A stretch of 64,000 nt of DNA from Hydrolagus colliei (taxonomy: Eukaryota). Positions 52,637 to 64,000 of the stretch are shown in pieces (the first letter of the stretch is position 1; each line of letters starts with the position of its first letter). The stretch lies in assembly GCA_035084275.1 (NCBI GenBank), contig CM068748.1, forward strand, positions 7,564,001 to 7,628,000. The letters run 5' to 3'. The position numbers and the translations under genes are program-made. The notes under the pieces were generated by a model. It saw only the letters and a program-made list of their open reading frames with translations, had not been told where the DNA came from and searched no databases.

Positions 52637-55567
52637 CCCTAGAACATGTCACCTGAAAACATCCGTCAAAAGCAAACAGAAAGAGGCATGTGGAAAGATG
52701 AAGGAAAGGCTACAAAATGTTTGTGCTTTCCCACCACACATTATATATTTGTCTTTTGTTCAGTTTGTTGATTGCTTATTATTATCTGTGGCCCTTCCAT
52801 CGCTAGGCTATCATTGTAAAAACAAAAAGAAGACAGTTTCACAACATTGGCAGCTCAGTAAAGGCATATATTTTCATGACAGAAACCAAAGAGCTTTCTT
52901 CAGTATTCAATATATTGCAACATGTTTGGCAGGATTTACTCAGGAAGCTGTTGAAAAAATAACAATGAAGTGCCACTTCACAGCCAAAGTGACAATACCT
53001 AGACATGCTGTTATTCTAATGGTAGGGTTGACACAAGTCTTTTTATCAGTAGAAAGGAACTTGCTAATATTTATGAATTGTGACAGGTGATTTCAAAGGA
53101 TGTTTTTTTTAGAAAATCCCTTGGTTTTCTTTTCGAATTCTCTTTTACATAGTGTACATATTTTATTTTTATTGCTGATTCTCTCAATTTGTCCTTGTTG
53201 TCTTTGAAAGTAAAGATAAAACAGTGGACAGCATAGGTTGATGCAATAAAGTAATACAATCCAAGCGTTCAAAGGTAATACAAAGATGTCCACTGGTTAT
53301 ATACAAACAGAACCTTAAATTGGAGCCTTGACCCATGCTTAATATTTAACTTATTTCAGAATTTTTTGCAATAATAGCAATGGTAAGAAATAAATTAAAT
53401 TCTAGTGGAATAAATGCAATAGACTGGTCAGCTTGGCATAAAGGCATGACTTGGAAGGGTTGACCAGTCTCTAGCGTACAGGAATGCTTCCCACTCAGCT
53501 CCTGTTAAACCTGCATACCAAAGCCCGAACTGGTAGAGTAGTCCTATCGAGACAAGTAGTGGGAAACTTGACTAGTGAATGGTACAAATGGCAAGCTATT
53601 TAGTTTTCTGCTGATTAAACACGCACTCTATACTCTGAAATGAGCTAAGTGGGAGACATTGCCCATCCACTCCATTCCAGACAAAAGGAAATGTATAGGT
53701 AACACACATATATTTAACTCTCAGTCTGGTTGGATATTATTAAGCATGGGGTACAGCTATAACAATACAATATGAGGTAGTATTGAACAGATGTTCCATA
53801 AATTCATAGATTTAAAGTAACATGGAGACAACTGTCTCTAGACGTATCTTATATACTTTCTTAGTCTCATCGAACGTAGAATTATTTCACAAAATATTAC
53901 TTGAAACGGTACTGCATCATATTTAATCACATTTTCCTTTATTTAATTAATATGAACACAGTTTGTAGCCTTTTATTAATGGTTTACAACATTAGTGTAT
54001 TCCACATTGCTATCACCCATTTCAGAAATCGTTGCAAGACGAGAACCTTGGGCAGCATGTGGAATCCTGTAGCTCAGTGGGTAGGGCACATTTCTGTGCT
54101 TTGTTGTAACAAGATGATAGTTGTTACAGTTATTTAGACTTCCAAAGGATTTTCATTGGCAATTTTCAGAGGCAAAGTGACAGTATGTGGAGTCCTGTAG
54201 CTCAGTGGTTAGAAATGGTTGCATCTTCAAAGAGCTCTTAGTGTTAACGCCTTGGGATATCCTCCCAACGTGAAAGGCGCTCTAGAAATGTAAGTTTGTT
54301 GTTGTTGGTGGTGGTGGTTTACACTACAGACAGCTCACTCAAAAATTAAACTGATACAGGACAAAGACTTTCAATAATAAATAATAATCCTTATATTTAA
54401 TGCCTTTCACGTCAGAAGCATTTCACAGGGTATATGTTAAAGCATCAAACTATTTTCTGGACACATTTTTAAATTAGGAGTGCCACCTTTGTTCTGCCCA
54501 AAAGTTAACAGAAAGGAGAAAATAAAGGTGTAGGAGAGGTTGAGATAATTGCTTAAGTTGTGTCATTTATTTCTATTGTTGCTGCTGAAAAAAACACCCC
54601 AAAAACCTGTGGCCCAGTGCCTCCACATCATTTTTTTAAGCCAGCTGGCTTTTTGACATAGGCGGGAACCCATCAACATGCTTAAGAATTTCCAAACCAG
54701 ACTGAGTGCCAAGTATGCCACCCACACAAGGAAACTTCTGCAAATATAAAATGTGGACTCTCTTCCTAGAGGGACACACCTTGCTTTTATAATTCTGGAG
54801 AGAGTATCAGGTAGAAAGCTAAGGCTTAGGAATCCCAGAGTGTACATTGGGTTACCGCGAGAGTGTAAAACATATTTATTCAACCACGCTTTCAGTCATC
54901 TTTTCCCTTCCCCTACCCACTTTGGCTCGGAGTACTTATGTGAGGGATTTCTGGGTCATGAAAACACTACAGTACATAAGTACTTTCAGATGTCCTGAAG
55001 AAGTGATAAGTCGCTATATCAAATTATTACATCATTATTAATATACTGTATATTGCATGCATTCACTTTTCTGGGGGTAATATTTCCTTAAAAGAAAAGA
55101 ATTAATTGGTCACTTCAATCCTCAACTGTTTGTGGGACACTAAAACAAAAACAGAAATTGCTGGGAACACTTAGCAGATCAGGCAGCATGTATGGAGAAA
55201 GGAAAAGTGAGTCAACGTTTTGTCAGACTTGGGGCAAGTTGGGAGGGAGAGGCACCCAACGTCATCACTCTTTGCCTCTCTGCATTTCACCCATAAAATA
55301 TGTATTCAATTCAATTTACAGTCCATTCTGTGAAGCAGTTTGTGACGTCTCGAATATTTGATAAGGCGCTGTATCAAATGTGAGAATGATTATTCTTATT
55401 CTTCTTATTATAATAAGATGCAGAAGCTGCAGGCAGCATAATGCCCGGGGAAATGATAAAGAGGAAAAGGAATGAAGAAAGGTGCCATTTTAAATGTCAC
55501 AACATCTGACTCATTTCCAAACCCAGGTAGATGGGGAAATCTTGAGGAGGAGTTCAGGGTGAATAAT

Positions 55568-55848
55568 AAATTGGCCATTTCAATCCACGACTGTGAGACA
55601 CTGCTATGCGCAATCGGCTACAGCGTTTCGCCCACTTATATACAACAAAATTACATTTGTATTGTGCCTTTCACGTCAGGAGGACGTCTCAAGGTGCTGA
55701 GCACATTTGTATTATCATGTAAATTAACATATTTATACAGTCAATTCATTCACTTTACAGTATATTCAGCAAAGTACTTTATGAGACGTCTAGAAGACGT
55801 GAGAGAGGCGCTCTATCAACTGCAAGAATGATTAGTAGTGTATTATTA
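55568..55848 (+). mobile_element. Deu-core SINE with an inverted L2 tail inserted (about 55642-55703)
   Basis: The SINE core is split by ACAACAAAATTACATTTGTATTGTGCCTTTCACGTCAGGAGGACGTCTC, the reverse complement of the L2 tail. Confidence 0.7.
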
Positions 55849-55939
55849 TGATGGTGATGGATGGATGGGAGTATTAGAGTTAACACAAACAACAGCCAGC
55901 ACCCTCCCTCAGTGTGCAGGGAATGGGGGGGGAGAGAAA

Positions 55940-56058
55940 GGCGATGGTGCGCGTGCGCGGTCGTAGGGTTGGGGGGGGCGGGGCTGTGTGGGGTGATGAC
56001 GTCGGGTGCTGCCGGCGGTGACCGTGAGTGACCTCGGGCGCGAGCCGCAGCGCGAGAT
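55940..56058 (+). promoter_or_regulatory. PANK1-alpha CpG-island promoter/5'UTR
   Basis: NRF1-like TGCGCGTGCGCG 55948-55959, GC box GGGGCGGGGC 55975-55984 and CRE-like TGACGTCG 55997-56004, directly upstream of the ATG. Confidence 0.6.
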
Positions 56059-56224
56059 ATGGAGGAGCGGCGAGGCAGCCTCTGTAACGGCTTCCACCCG
56101 TCAGCCCCCGACACCGGCCCCCGTGCAGGGCCCGACCGTGACCATGAGCATGAACACGCCTCGCCCGCCAAGAAATGCCGCGTCAGGAGGAGGTTGGACT
56201 CGGCGGGCAGGAGGAACAGACCGC
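56059..56224 (+). CDS. PANK1: pantothenate kinase 1, alternative first exon 1-alpha
   Basis: MEERRGSLCNGFHP...HASPAKKCRVRRRLDSAGRRNRP matches the PANK1-alpha-specific motifs NGFHP and [22 protein letters not shown] that precede PFPWFG. Kozak GATATGG; phase-1 donor C|GTAAGT at 56225; inside a CpG island. Confidence 0.9.
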
Positions 56225-56639
56225 GTAAGTCAGGCTCTGTAAGAGCGACAGCCTCCACCTCCCCTTGTAGGCGGCAGCTTGACAACCCCCCACCCCCCCC
56301 CCCCCCACCATCCCGCCGGTCACTCTTTCCCGGGGCGCCGGTGGATGGAGCTACCGACATGAACACTGAAATTAAATGAATGGCTTCTTTTTTTATTTGC
56401 ACTCATCTATAGCTGCCGTGTTTCGTGTGGATGGCGCTGTGTGAGTGGGTGAGTGTATGTGTGTGTGTGTGTGTCGGGGGGGAGGAAACCTGCCGCAATA
56501 TTATGTTTAAAGATCTTGCAGTCGCATCAATTTTTTTTGATGCTACAATTGATGAGAAAAATGGCAGTCATCGCCCGACTGACTGAATAAATAACTAACT
56601 AACTCTTCGCCTAGTTTTACACCCGACGCTGGTTGTTGC

Positions 56640-56830
56640 CGGTGTTAAATTGCCAGCCGCTGGCGCCTGGGGCAGTCAATGACTGAGCGAGTGATTGGGT
56701 GGCTGCTGGGAGGCGTGCGGGTCTGTTGTTAGTAATCACTGGTGACTAAGTGACCTGCTTGGTCTTGGCCAATGAAACCAGCTCACGTCAAGCACAGCCG
56801 TCCCACTGGCAACATCGACATCGTGGGGGT
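56640..56830 (+). promoter_or_regulatory. candidate PANK1-beta promoter
   Basis: ATTGG 56694, TGACCT 56751, CCAAT 56769 and CRE/E-box-like TCACGTCA 56783. A CpG-containing patch about 300 bp upstream of the 1-beta ATG. Confidence 0.4.
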
Positions 56831-57088
56831 CTGGCCACTTGATCCAGTGAGGACAAAACCAGCTACTTTTGCACCACTCTTGTTAATGCGTTGCTGATTT
56901 TACAGTACCTGTACTGATTTTATTTAGACAACCACTCTTTTCAGTTTTAGGAGGAATCCATTTTGCATCACATCTTCTGTTTGCCTTTTGGTTTGAATCT
57001 CACTGCAGCTAAACAAGGCTTGTGTCTTTGGTTCGTTTACTGTGTGTATATATACTGTAGCGCATTTGTACTGAAGCATAAAGCAGCT

Positions 57089-57116
57089 ATGAAGTTCAGA
57101 GAAGCTAAACATTCAT
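57089..57116 (+). CDS. PANK1: pantothenate kinase 1, alternative first exon 1-beta (28 coding nt, MKFREAKHS+1 nt)
   Basis: GCT ATG AAG TTC AGA GAA GCT AAA CAT TCA T|GTAAGT. It has the same 9 codons + 1 nt length and phase-1 donor as human PANK1-beta (MKLINGKKQ|), resembles PANK3 MKIKDAKKP|, and lies just downstream of exon 1-alpha as in mammals. Confidence 0.75.
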
Positions 57117-57824
57117 GTAAGTAATATATATATTAATTAATCCTATCGAGTTCTATCCCAGCACCATAGTCTGGTGCTGTTAAAGTGCAGTAATAGTTAT
57201 GTCAAGTTTGAGGTAGTGAGAAAATTGTTCTTAAGTGAAATTAATATTTGGAAGTCATATCATCAGTAACTAACAGTCATTCAAAGGCTATCCATATATT
57301 TGGTTTTATGTACTAGTAATAATCCATGCATTTGATGTAGCACTGTATATGACTGTATATATCAAATGCTGTACCTATAGCACCGTGACTCTTTTTGACA
57401 ATCTTTGCTCAATTGTCTTCTGAATTCACGTCCACAGCACAATCCTTTATTGTTAGTTACGCTACGTTGCTGCGACTGGCATACTATGCTACTAAACACT
57501 ACAAACATTTTTTTTACAGTTAGTTACATACTACAATTATTTATTTGATTTACTTTTAAAATATGCATACAACTTTTGCAAAGATCCTTTAAAGTTTTGT
57601 AACAGCTGGCGAGAAGTGGAAGCTACATGTTGGAAACCTGTACTTTGTACCATAAAACTGTCTGGCTGTACAAGAATAGTAAATACAATTGCGCACTTCT
57701 TTTTGCCATCAATAACTGAAAAGAATGTCTAAGGCTAGATTTTGTAATTGACTTATTCATATAGCAGTATCAATTTCTTTGAATCTGACACCAGTAAAAT
57801 AATAATAATTTAATATTTAATAAT

Positions 57825-57972
57825 CCATGACAGTTTGTTGGACACTGCTGTGCAAATTGACTGCCATATTTCACCCACAAAATAAACAGTCCATTCACTT
57901 TACAGTATATGTGAACTTTGAGATGCCTCAACAATGTGATAACGCGCTATATCAAATGCAAGGATTATTATT
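57825..57972 (+). mobile_element. Deu-core SINE, truncated
   Basis: Core and tail. Confidence 0.8.
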
Positions 57973-59639
57973 TATCATAAATAAAAACTTGGTAAATGAT
58001 GAGTGTTGTTTTTCCAGCTTTGGTTGTGTTTGGGACCTTTATTGGGAAAATAGCCATCTTTTAATATTTGTGGACCTGTATTACAATAGTCACTGCACTT
58101 CAAAAACAACTAGCTGAGTGAATACTTGTATAGAATCTATGTAAAACGACCTTTTTTATGTGGTGCTGTTCATTGAGCTCAGGTTCTCTTGTATCATACT
58201 GAATACTGTCTTTTACTGCCTCTTTGTAAATTGAACTTTTTTGCTATAATAACTGGTGTTTCTGTTTGACAAATTTAATTCCATTTAAAATAGGTGCACA
58301 AACTTTGACAGTATATTAATAGTTTTTCTATTAAAGTATGTGGAAGTGAGTTTCATCATCGTAGTTTGCATTTAAAATAATTAAATATTTACTTTCGACT
58401 TTTAAACATTTGAGTGCTGATGACCTCTTTGGCAAAATTGGCAGGGAGCAGTTACTAAGGGACACCGAGAGGGAGCTGAATTAATTTCTGTATATAGAGC
58501 AGGGCTCATTATTGTAAAGTGCTTAGTTAATTGTCATTTCAATTGTGTGTGTTGATTCAGCTCCATTACACTGCCTGGCACAATAAATCTTGACCTAATT
58601 TCTTTCCCCCTTTGACATGATCAATGAATGTTTGTTATTTTAAAAAGCTAAAAATGGAAAAATGCTCATCAGAATTCTTGGTACTGTTTTGAACAATTAT
58701 TGAGACTTGTTATATGCACTATATAATAATAATTTTAAAATAATAATAATAATAAACTCCACCTAATAAGTATGGGAAACAATAGACTTAAACTCAACTC
58801 CAACAATTCTTGATATACAAAGAGATTTGATTAAAGTACAGTTAAAACTTTGGAACGGCACAACTAATCTATTTGGAATGTTTTAGTAACTAATATGATT
58901 AAAATAATTGTTAGAATAATTGTTTGATCCTCAATTTCGATGAGTTTGAGTACACAAGTAAAAATCTTAGATGTCCTGTGCCCAACCTGGTACCTATTGT
59001 ATACAGTATAAAATAATAACACTGAAGGAGATATCACATTAGGCACAACCCTTTATTAGACAAGATATATCTTTTTAGGATGTTTGTTTTCAGTTCAGAG
59101 TTTTGTGAGCAACTGATGCATTCTGCAATTTGTACCCATAGTTTGATGTTCAAACAGCTGTTTAGATTCAATGTGCTCCAAGATGCTTCATATTGACCTC
59201 TTACCGAATTACCAGCTGTCATGTTTGCATCAATGCTGGGTCATCTTCTGTCAATTCTAAATCACAAGATACACGCACTAATCATTTGCCAAAGTTGCCC
59301 AATGTCAATGGCATTACGAAAGACTGAGAGGATATGCTTGAAAAAGCTGTTGTGTCTTCCTCTATCCAAACCAGGTTATACTGACAAATAGTTGCAAGTC
59401 AATATCACTACTACAACTAATAATAATAATAGTAATCCCTGCATTTGTTATACTGTAGTGACTTTTGTGTCTGGAGGACATCTCAAAGCACTTCTCTGGA
59501 TGCACTGTAAAGTGGAGTGATGTATTTTATAGGCTAAACTCCATTTGACGTGTTCCCAGCAATTTTTGTTTCTGTTCCGTATGTTTGGCTCAAGTATTTT
59601 AATTATATTGCTGAATCCTTTCTCTCTCTCCCCCCCTCA

Positions 59640-60178
59640 CAATAATATCCCTAAAAAAAACACGATAATAAAATTGGTCATTTCAATCCTCGACTATTTG
59701 TGGGACACTGATGTGGGCAATTGGCTGCTGCGTTTTTCCCACAAAATATAGTCAATTCACTTTACAGTACATTCTGTAAAGCACTTTGAGACGTCTAGAA
59801 GATGTCAAAAGTGCTATGTCAAAATGCTATTATTATTATTATTATTATTATTATAGGAGCCCTGTAGATTGGTGGTTAGAGTACTTGCCTCGCAAGCGAG
59901 AGACCTGGGTTTGATTCCTGATAGGTCAGGGTGAAACCTTGGGCAAGTTGTCTTACTTCACGTGCCTGGTAGTAATCACTTTTTTTAAAAAGACAAAGGC
60001 TACAACAATAAATTGGTCATCTCAATCCGCGACTGTTTGTGGGACACTGCCGTGTGCAATTGGCTGCTGCATTTCACCCACAAAAATAAACAGTCAATTC
60101 ACTTTACTGTATATTTGAAGAGCATTGAGATGTCCAGAAGATGTGAGAAGCACTATATCAAATGCAAGGATTATTATT
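59640..60178 (+). mobile_element. two tandem Deu-core SINEs (59640-59853 truncated; 59856-60178 full-length)
   Basis: The second copy's tRNA head begins immediately after the (TAT)n tail of the first. Confidence 0.85.
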
Positions 60179-61146
60179 CCTCAAGGTCCAGCAGCCTTCA
60201 CTGATGCCTTGCCTTTCTTCATTTGTGTTCCTAGATACTGAATAGCGACATGTTATTTGAGGAGGGTGTTTCAGTTCTCACCTGACATCTACAAATGCAC
60301 TTTTCAGAGCGGGCCACTACACGGCAATCAGGATTGGGAAACCTTGACTGATTGTTATTCTACTGGTCCAGACGTGTTGAAGCCACCTCAGTTAAATATA
60401 TGTGTATATTTATGCATAACTGAAAAAACATTGGTAACTGATACTTAATTAACCTAAACAGCATAATTCCATAGTTAACAGTTTGCTAAGAAGTCATTTG
60501 GTAATTAAGCCTTCCCATGGTAAATTAGATTTACTGTACTTCAGTAGTGCTATTAGTCTCTTGGGATGTTTAGCATTGCTAAATTCATTCCATTCTATCT
60601 GAGCAGGAAATATTTTTCACAAGACATTCAAACCACAGACTTACATACACTACTTTGTGGTTAATGAGAAATATTTGACTATTCAAGTTGCTCTTTAAAA
60701 TGTAATAAGTTTCATGAACTGCTCAGAACCATCCGGGAACTTCTGTATAATAATCAATTACTGTTTCTCATCAATTGTTATGACCAGAGAAGCCCTATAT
60801 TTGCTACTACCGTAATAGTTCCTGAATCTCAATGTTACAATATATTGAGTTGCAGCACACTTATTTGGAGTCTCGGCTTGAAACACTCAAAACTCTTGTG
60901 CTAATAAAACATATGATTTGCATTTGATTATAGAGTAATGACTTATCACATTAAACATCTCTGAATGCTTCATGTTGTGAGCTGCTATAAAGTATAATTT
61001 TGCAAGCAAATGTTCCGGCTGTGTTAACAGCAAAAATATGATCACATTTAATTTGCCTGGATGAGGGAGGAGAATTAGCTGGAACATTGAGAACTCTGCT
61101 TCTGATGTGTTCTTGTGGCATCTTTCACTTGTAATTAGATTAACTA

Positions 61147-61621
61147 CAGGTAAACCTCTATTTAGGATGGGGTTGCGTTCCTGAAAAATTGTATCTAGAT
61201 TGAAACGTCCTAAATCGAAACGCAATTTCCCATTCGGTCCCATTATATAACTAGAGATGCGTTCTTTTCACAAAATTTGCGGACCTTAAAACCACTAAAT
61301 AACACACAAAACCACACAAATTAACACACATAGGCAAGAAGGGGTACTTGGGGTAACTACGGTGTTGTACTTTACTACTGGCAAACTTTAATACAGTACA
61401 CTACTGGCAAATTTTAATACTGAAAGTGTGACAGTGGCAGTGGCACTTGCAGCTTCCCCACTCATCTTGATGTTGTGGAGTCCATAGAGTCTTTTAAACC
61501 TTTGAAACCACCCTCTGCTAGCACTGAAAGATGGTGCCGTTGAGCCTTCTCCTTCTTCATCATTTAACTTCCTCTTACCTCTTATTGAACAGGTATCTAT
61601 TGTTCTGATTGTGATCTTCAT
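61147..61621 (-). mobile_element. Tigger/pogo DNA transposon remnant with CENP-B-type HTH fragment
   Basis: TA|CAGGTAAACCTC terminus with GCGTTCC motif. Minus-strand peptide FSASRGWFQRFKRLYGLHNIKMSGEAASA is a typical Tigger transposase motif. Internally deleted. Confidence 0.85.
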
Positions 61622-63201
61622 GGCAATGGATCATCAGTTTCCCCAGGCCCTGTTTTGACTTCCACTTTTTTTTTGTGAGCATGGGGGGGTGGGATTGGAA
61701 GAACCATATTCAAATTCATTTTTATTACAAATTATTTCTGTTAGAAACAGATTTGGAATGTATGGTAGAAAAGCTATTTGGAAATAGTTTGGATCAAAGT
61801 TGACTTGATTAATGGTATGTGCTTGGCTACCACTGATATAGAATAAGTATACTTGATGGTAACTTTAGACGGGGCATCTGTGATTACCAAAAAAATGTTT
61901 TGATCTATAGGTAGGTCTTGCAGTAGTATAATAATTATTTTGTAAATACTGTATCATGAATCTTCTGTGCTTTACTTCACAGATGGTGACTTTTCTTAGT
62001 GAAATACTGTGCCTAGTTTGTACAGTGTATTAGTGTTTCCTTTTGACCATTTGCTCTGGTAGTGTAAAAAGCGCCACTGTATTCTTTCAGCATATTTACT
62101 CTAAAATAATTGCCTAAAATACTACCCTTTGAAAGGGTGTGTGTTTCAACTGAGCTTTCTGTGACTCAAATGTTCTCAGATACTTCAGGCAAATTTTTCA
62201 ACTGAGAGCTCCTGAACAGCAAGCGTTTCTGGAATTGTGTCAACATTTGCTGTGAGGGCAGGCTTTCAACTGGTGCTACTGAGAATGAGCCAATCAGGCA
62301 ATAAACAGGCCATATCATGCAGCTGGAACACTATTAGCCTCAAGTTGTGAGATTTAGGGGTGGGATAAGTCTTACACTTGCATTATTGCTATCAAGAATT
62401 AAAGTTGCAAAATGTAAAATACACTGCAGTAATCCTTTTGTATCACTCCAGGCAGTAGGAGCAATAATAGAATGTAGATACAAATTCATTTTAAGCAGCT
62501 TTCCATGTCTTAATTTGTTATGACTTGCTGACTAAAGTACCTGTAACTTGTGTGACTAAAGGAATCCAATCATAACATATATAAAGATGTTTACAATACT
62601 CCAAATGTTTCTAATGCAATTGTTTTATCTTCAAGGCAGTTACAAAAGAATGGATACTTATAGACAGACAGACTTGTAGTATCAACCTAATCTAGGCATT
62701 TTCAGTTCAATCCTGACAGTAACAGGTTAGCCTCTGTTTTTATAGATTTTGTATTCCATTCAGCGATCAGCTTGTGTTAGAGATTAAATTACTCGTCTCT
62801 TTAAAACAGATTCGTTTATTCAGGTATACTCATTGAGCTGACACTAAAGCATATAAAATGACTACAATGCATGCAAAAGCCAACCACTCCATTACTTCTG
62901 TTTCCTTCCAATTCTTCTTTTACTTTGTTCACCCTTTTCGCCTATTCCCTCTTATCCTCCCTTCTGCCTCGGGTCTCAATATCGCATTACGCCCTAGTCT
63001 TCACTTTTGGAGTTTACCTGTCATCTACCTCTTGTGATGACGCTCCATTAATACACTAGGTTTCTCATAATGCAATCTCATACACCAATATACTACCCGG
63101 CACGCATTCTTCAGGTTAAAAGGGAATAGTCCTTTCTCTTCCTTTCTTCCTCTCAGTCGGTCTCGGGGAAAAGTAGGGGTGTAGATCTCTTTGGGGATCT
63201 G

Positions 63202-63356
63202 CTGTCACGTTACAGCTCTTCCATCAGTTGTTTCCCTTTCTCGAAAGCGGTTTGGCTACTGTCAGTTACAGTTTCTTCCATCAGTTGTTTCTCCTTCTCG
63301 AGAGCGGCTTGGCTACTGTCACATTACAGTATCTTCCATCAGGTCCTTCTCCTTCT
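63202..63356. repeat. 57-bp tandem repeat, about 2.7 copies
   Basis: CTGTCA..TTACAG..TCTTCCATCAGTTGTTTC..TTCTCGA.AGCGG.TTGGCTA units start at 63202, 63259 and 63316. Confidence 0.9.
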
Positions 63357-63681
63357 GCTCCTCCGTCTCCGCTCTGCTCTATTCCTTTGTCTCAACACTT
63401 TTATCCTTTCTTGGACACATGGTGTTCACGTGAACATCTCATGCCACTCTCGTGCTTATTCACATTCTCTTTTACACCCAACTCTGCCTTTCTTCGCAAA
63501 CAAGCTCTTCTTATTGCAGTCTGTTCTAGCCGGTTTCTAATGGTGACCTTGACAACTCAAACTATGTGCAGCAACTTCCCTTATCTTATACAGCAGTTAT
63601 ACAAAAACATCATTCTAGCCCACTCTCTGTTTTTAACAGTCTATACTAATTTTAACCAGTTCTTCACCAACTCTAACACTT

Positions 63682-63912
63682 GGCTCAGTGGTAGCACTCT
63701 CGCCACTGAGCCAGAAGTTTGTGTGATCAAGCCCTACATTGGGACTTGGAATCGCATAATCTAAGTTGACATTCCAATGCAGTGCTGGTGGTGTGTTGCA
63801 TGGTTGGTGGTGCTGTCTTTCGAATGAGACATTAACCAAGGTCCCACCTGTTCAGGTGGACATTAAAGATCCCGTGGCACTATTCGAAAAGAGAAGGGAG
63901 TTTCTCCCAGTG
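63682..63912 (+). mobile_element. DeuSINE-like SINE (older family, tRNA head)
   Basis: GGCTCAGTGGTAGCACTCTCGCC head; GTCTTTCGAATGAGACATTAACCAAGGTCCC..CTGTTCAGGTGGACATTAAAGATCCCGTGGCACTATTCGAA core. Confidence 0.75.
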
Positions 63913-64000
63913 TGTATCTTAAGTTTTGAAAGTTACCAATTAAAAGAATTTTGAGAAAATAGAAACGAGGCGTTATATTTAAGGTGTCCCAAATATATTT

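Noticed and set aside
52494-53090. 198-aa ORF
   Set aside because: It begins within a hAT MITE and has no recognisable domain or splice context.
56059-56400. p53 response element as in mammalian PANK1-alpha
   Set aside because: No convincing paired RRRCWWGYYY half-sites seen.
55779-56402. 207-aa minus-strand ORF
   Set aside because: Antisense shadow of the GC-rich PANK1 exon 1-alpha island.
60500-60525. AG|CC TTC CCA TGG (FPW) as possible PANK1 exon 2
   Set aside because: Immediately followed by TAA, no FGMDIGG, and a poor polypyrimidine tract. True exon 2 and the intronic miR-107 must lie beyond the window.
63202-63356. CRISPR-like array (also 50242-50301 and 9378-9433)
   Set aside because: Simple tandem duplications without unique spacers, in a eukaryotic context with no cas genes.

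Overview
This is AT-rich, repeat-dense vertebrate genomic DNA, not prokaryotic. The repeat landscape (tRNA-head/Deu-core SINEs, L2 and CR1 LINE debris, hAT and Tigger DNA transposons) suggests a cartilaginous fish (inference). Three gene-derived loci are supported. (1) HTR7 (5-HT7 serotonin receptor) on the minus strand: two coding exons, 41608-41064 and 35639-34892, giving about 430 aa and ending like the short 5-HT7(b) isoform. (2) The 5' end of PANK1 on the plus strand, head-to-head with HTR7, with both alternative first exons: 1-alpha 56059-56224 and 1-beta 57089-57116. The remaining PANK1 exons lie beyond the window. (3) Between them, a decayed intron-containing pseudogene of a C-factor/CsgA-like short-chain dehydrogenase (48955-50330). 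Its catalytic Tyr is mutated to a stop, its middle exon is missing, and an inverted duplication starts at its first splice donor. A 1.36-kb G-quadruplex-prone repeat lies just upstream of HTR7. I found no recognisable exon in 1-34.8 kb. Most ORFs in the supplied track are spurious. Homology calls come from recalled protein and repeat consensus sequences, not from searches, and repeat boundaries are approximate unless a TSD is given.
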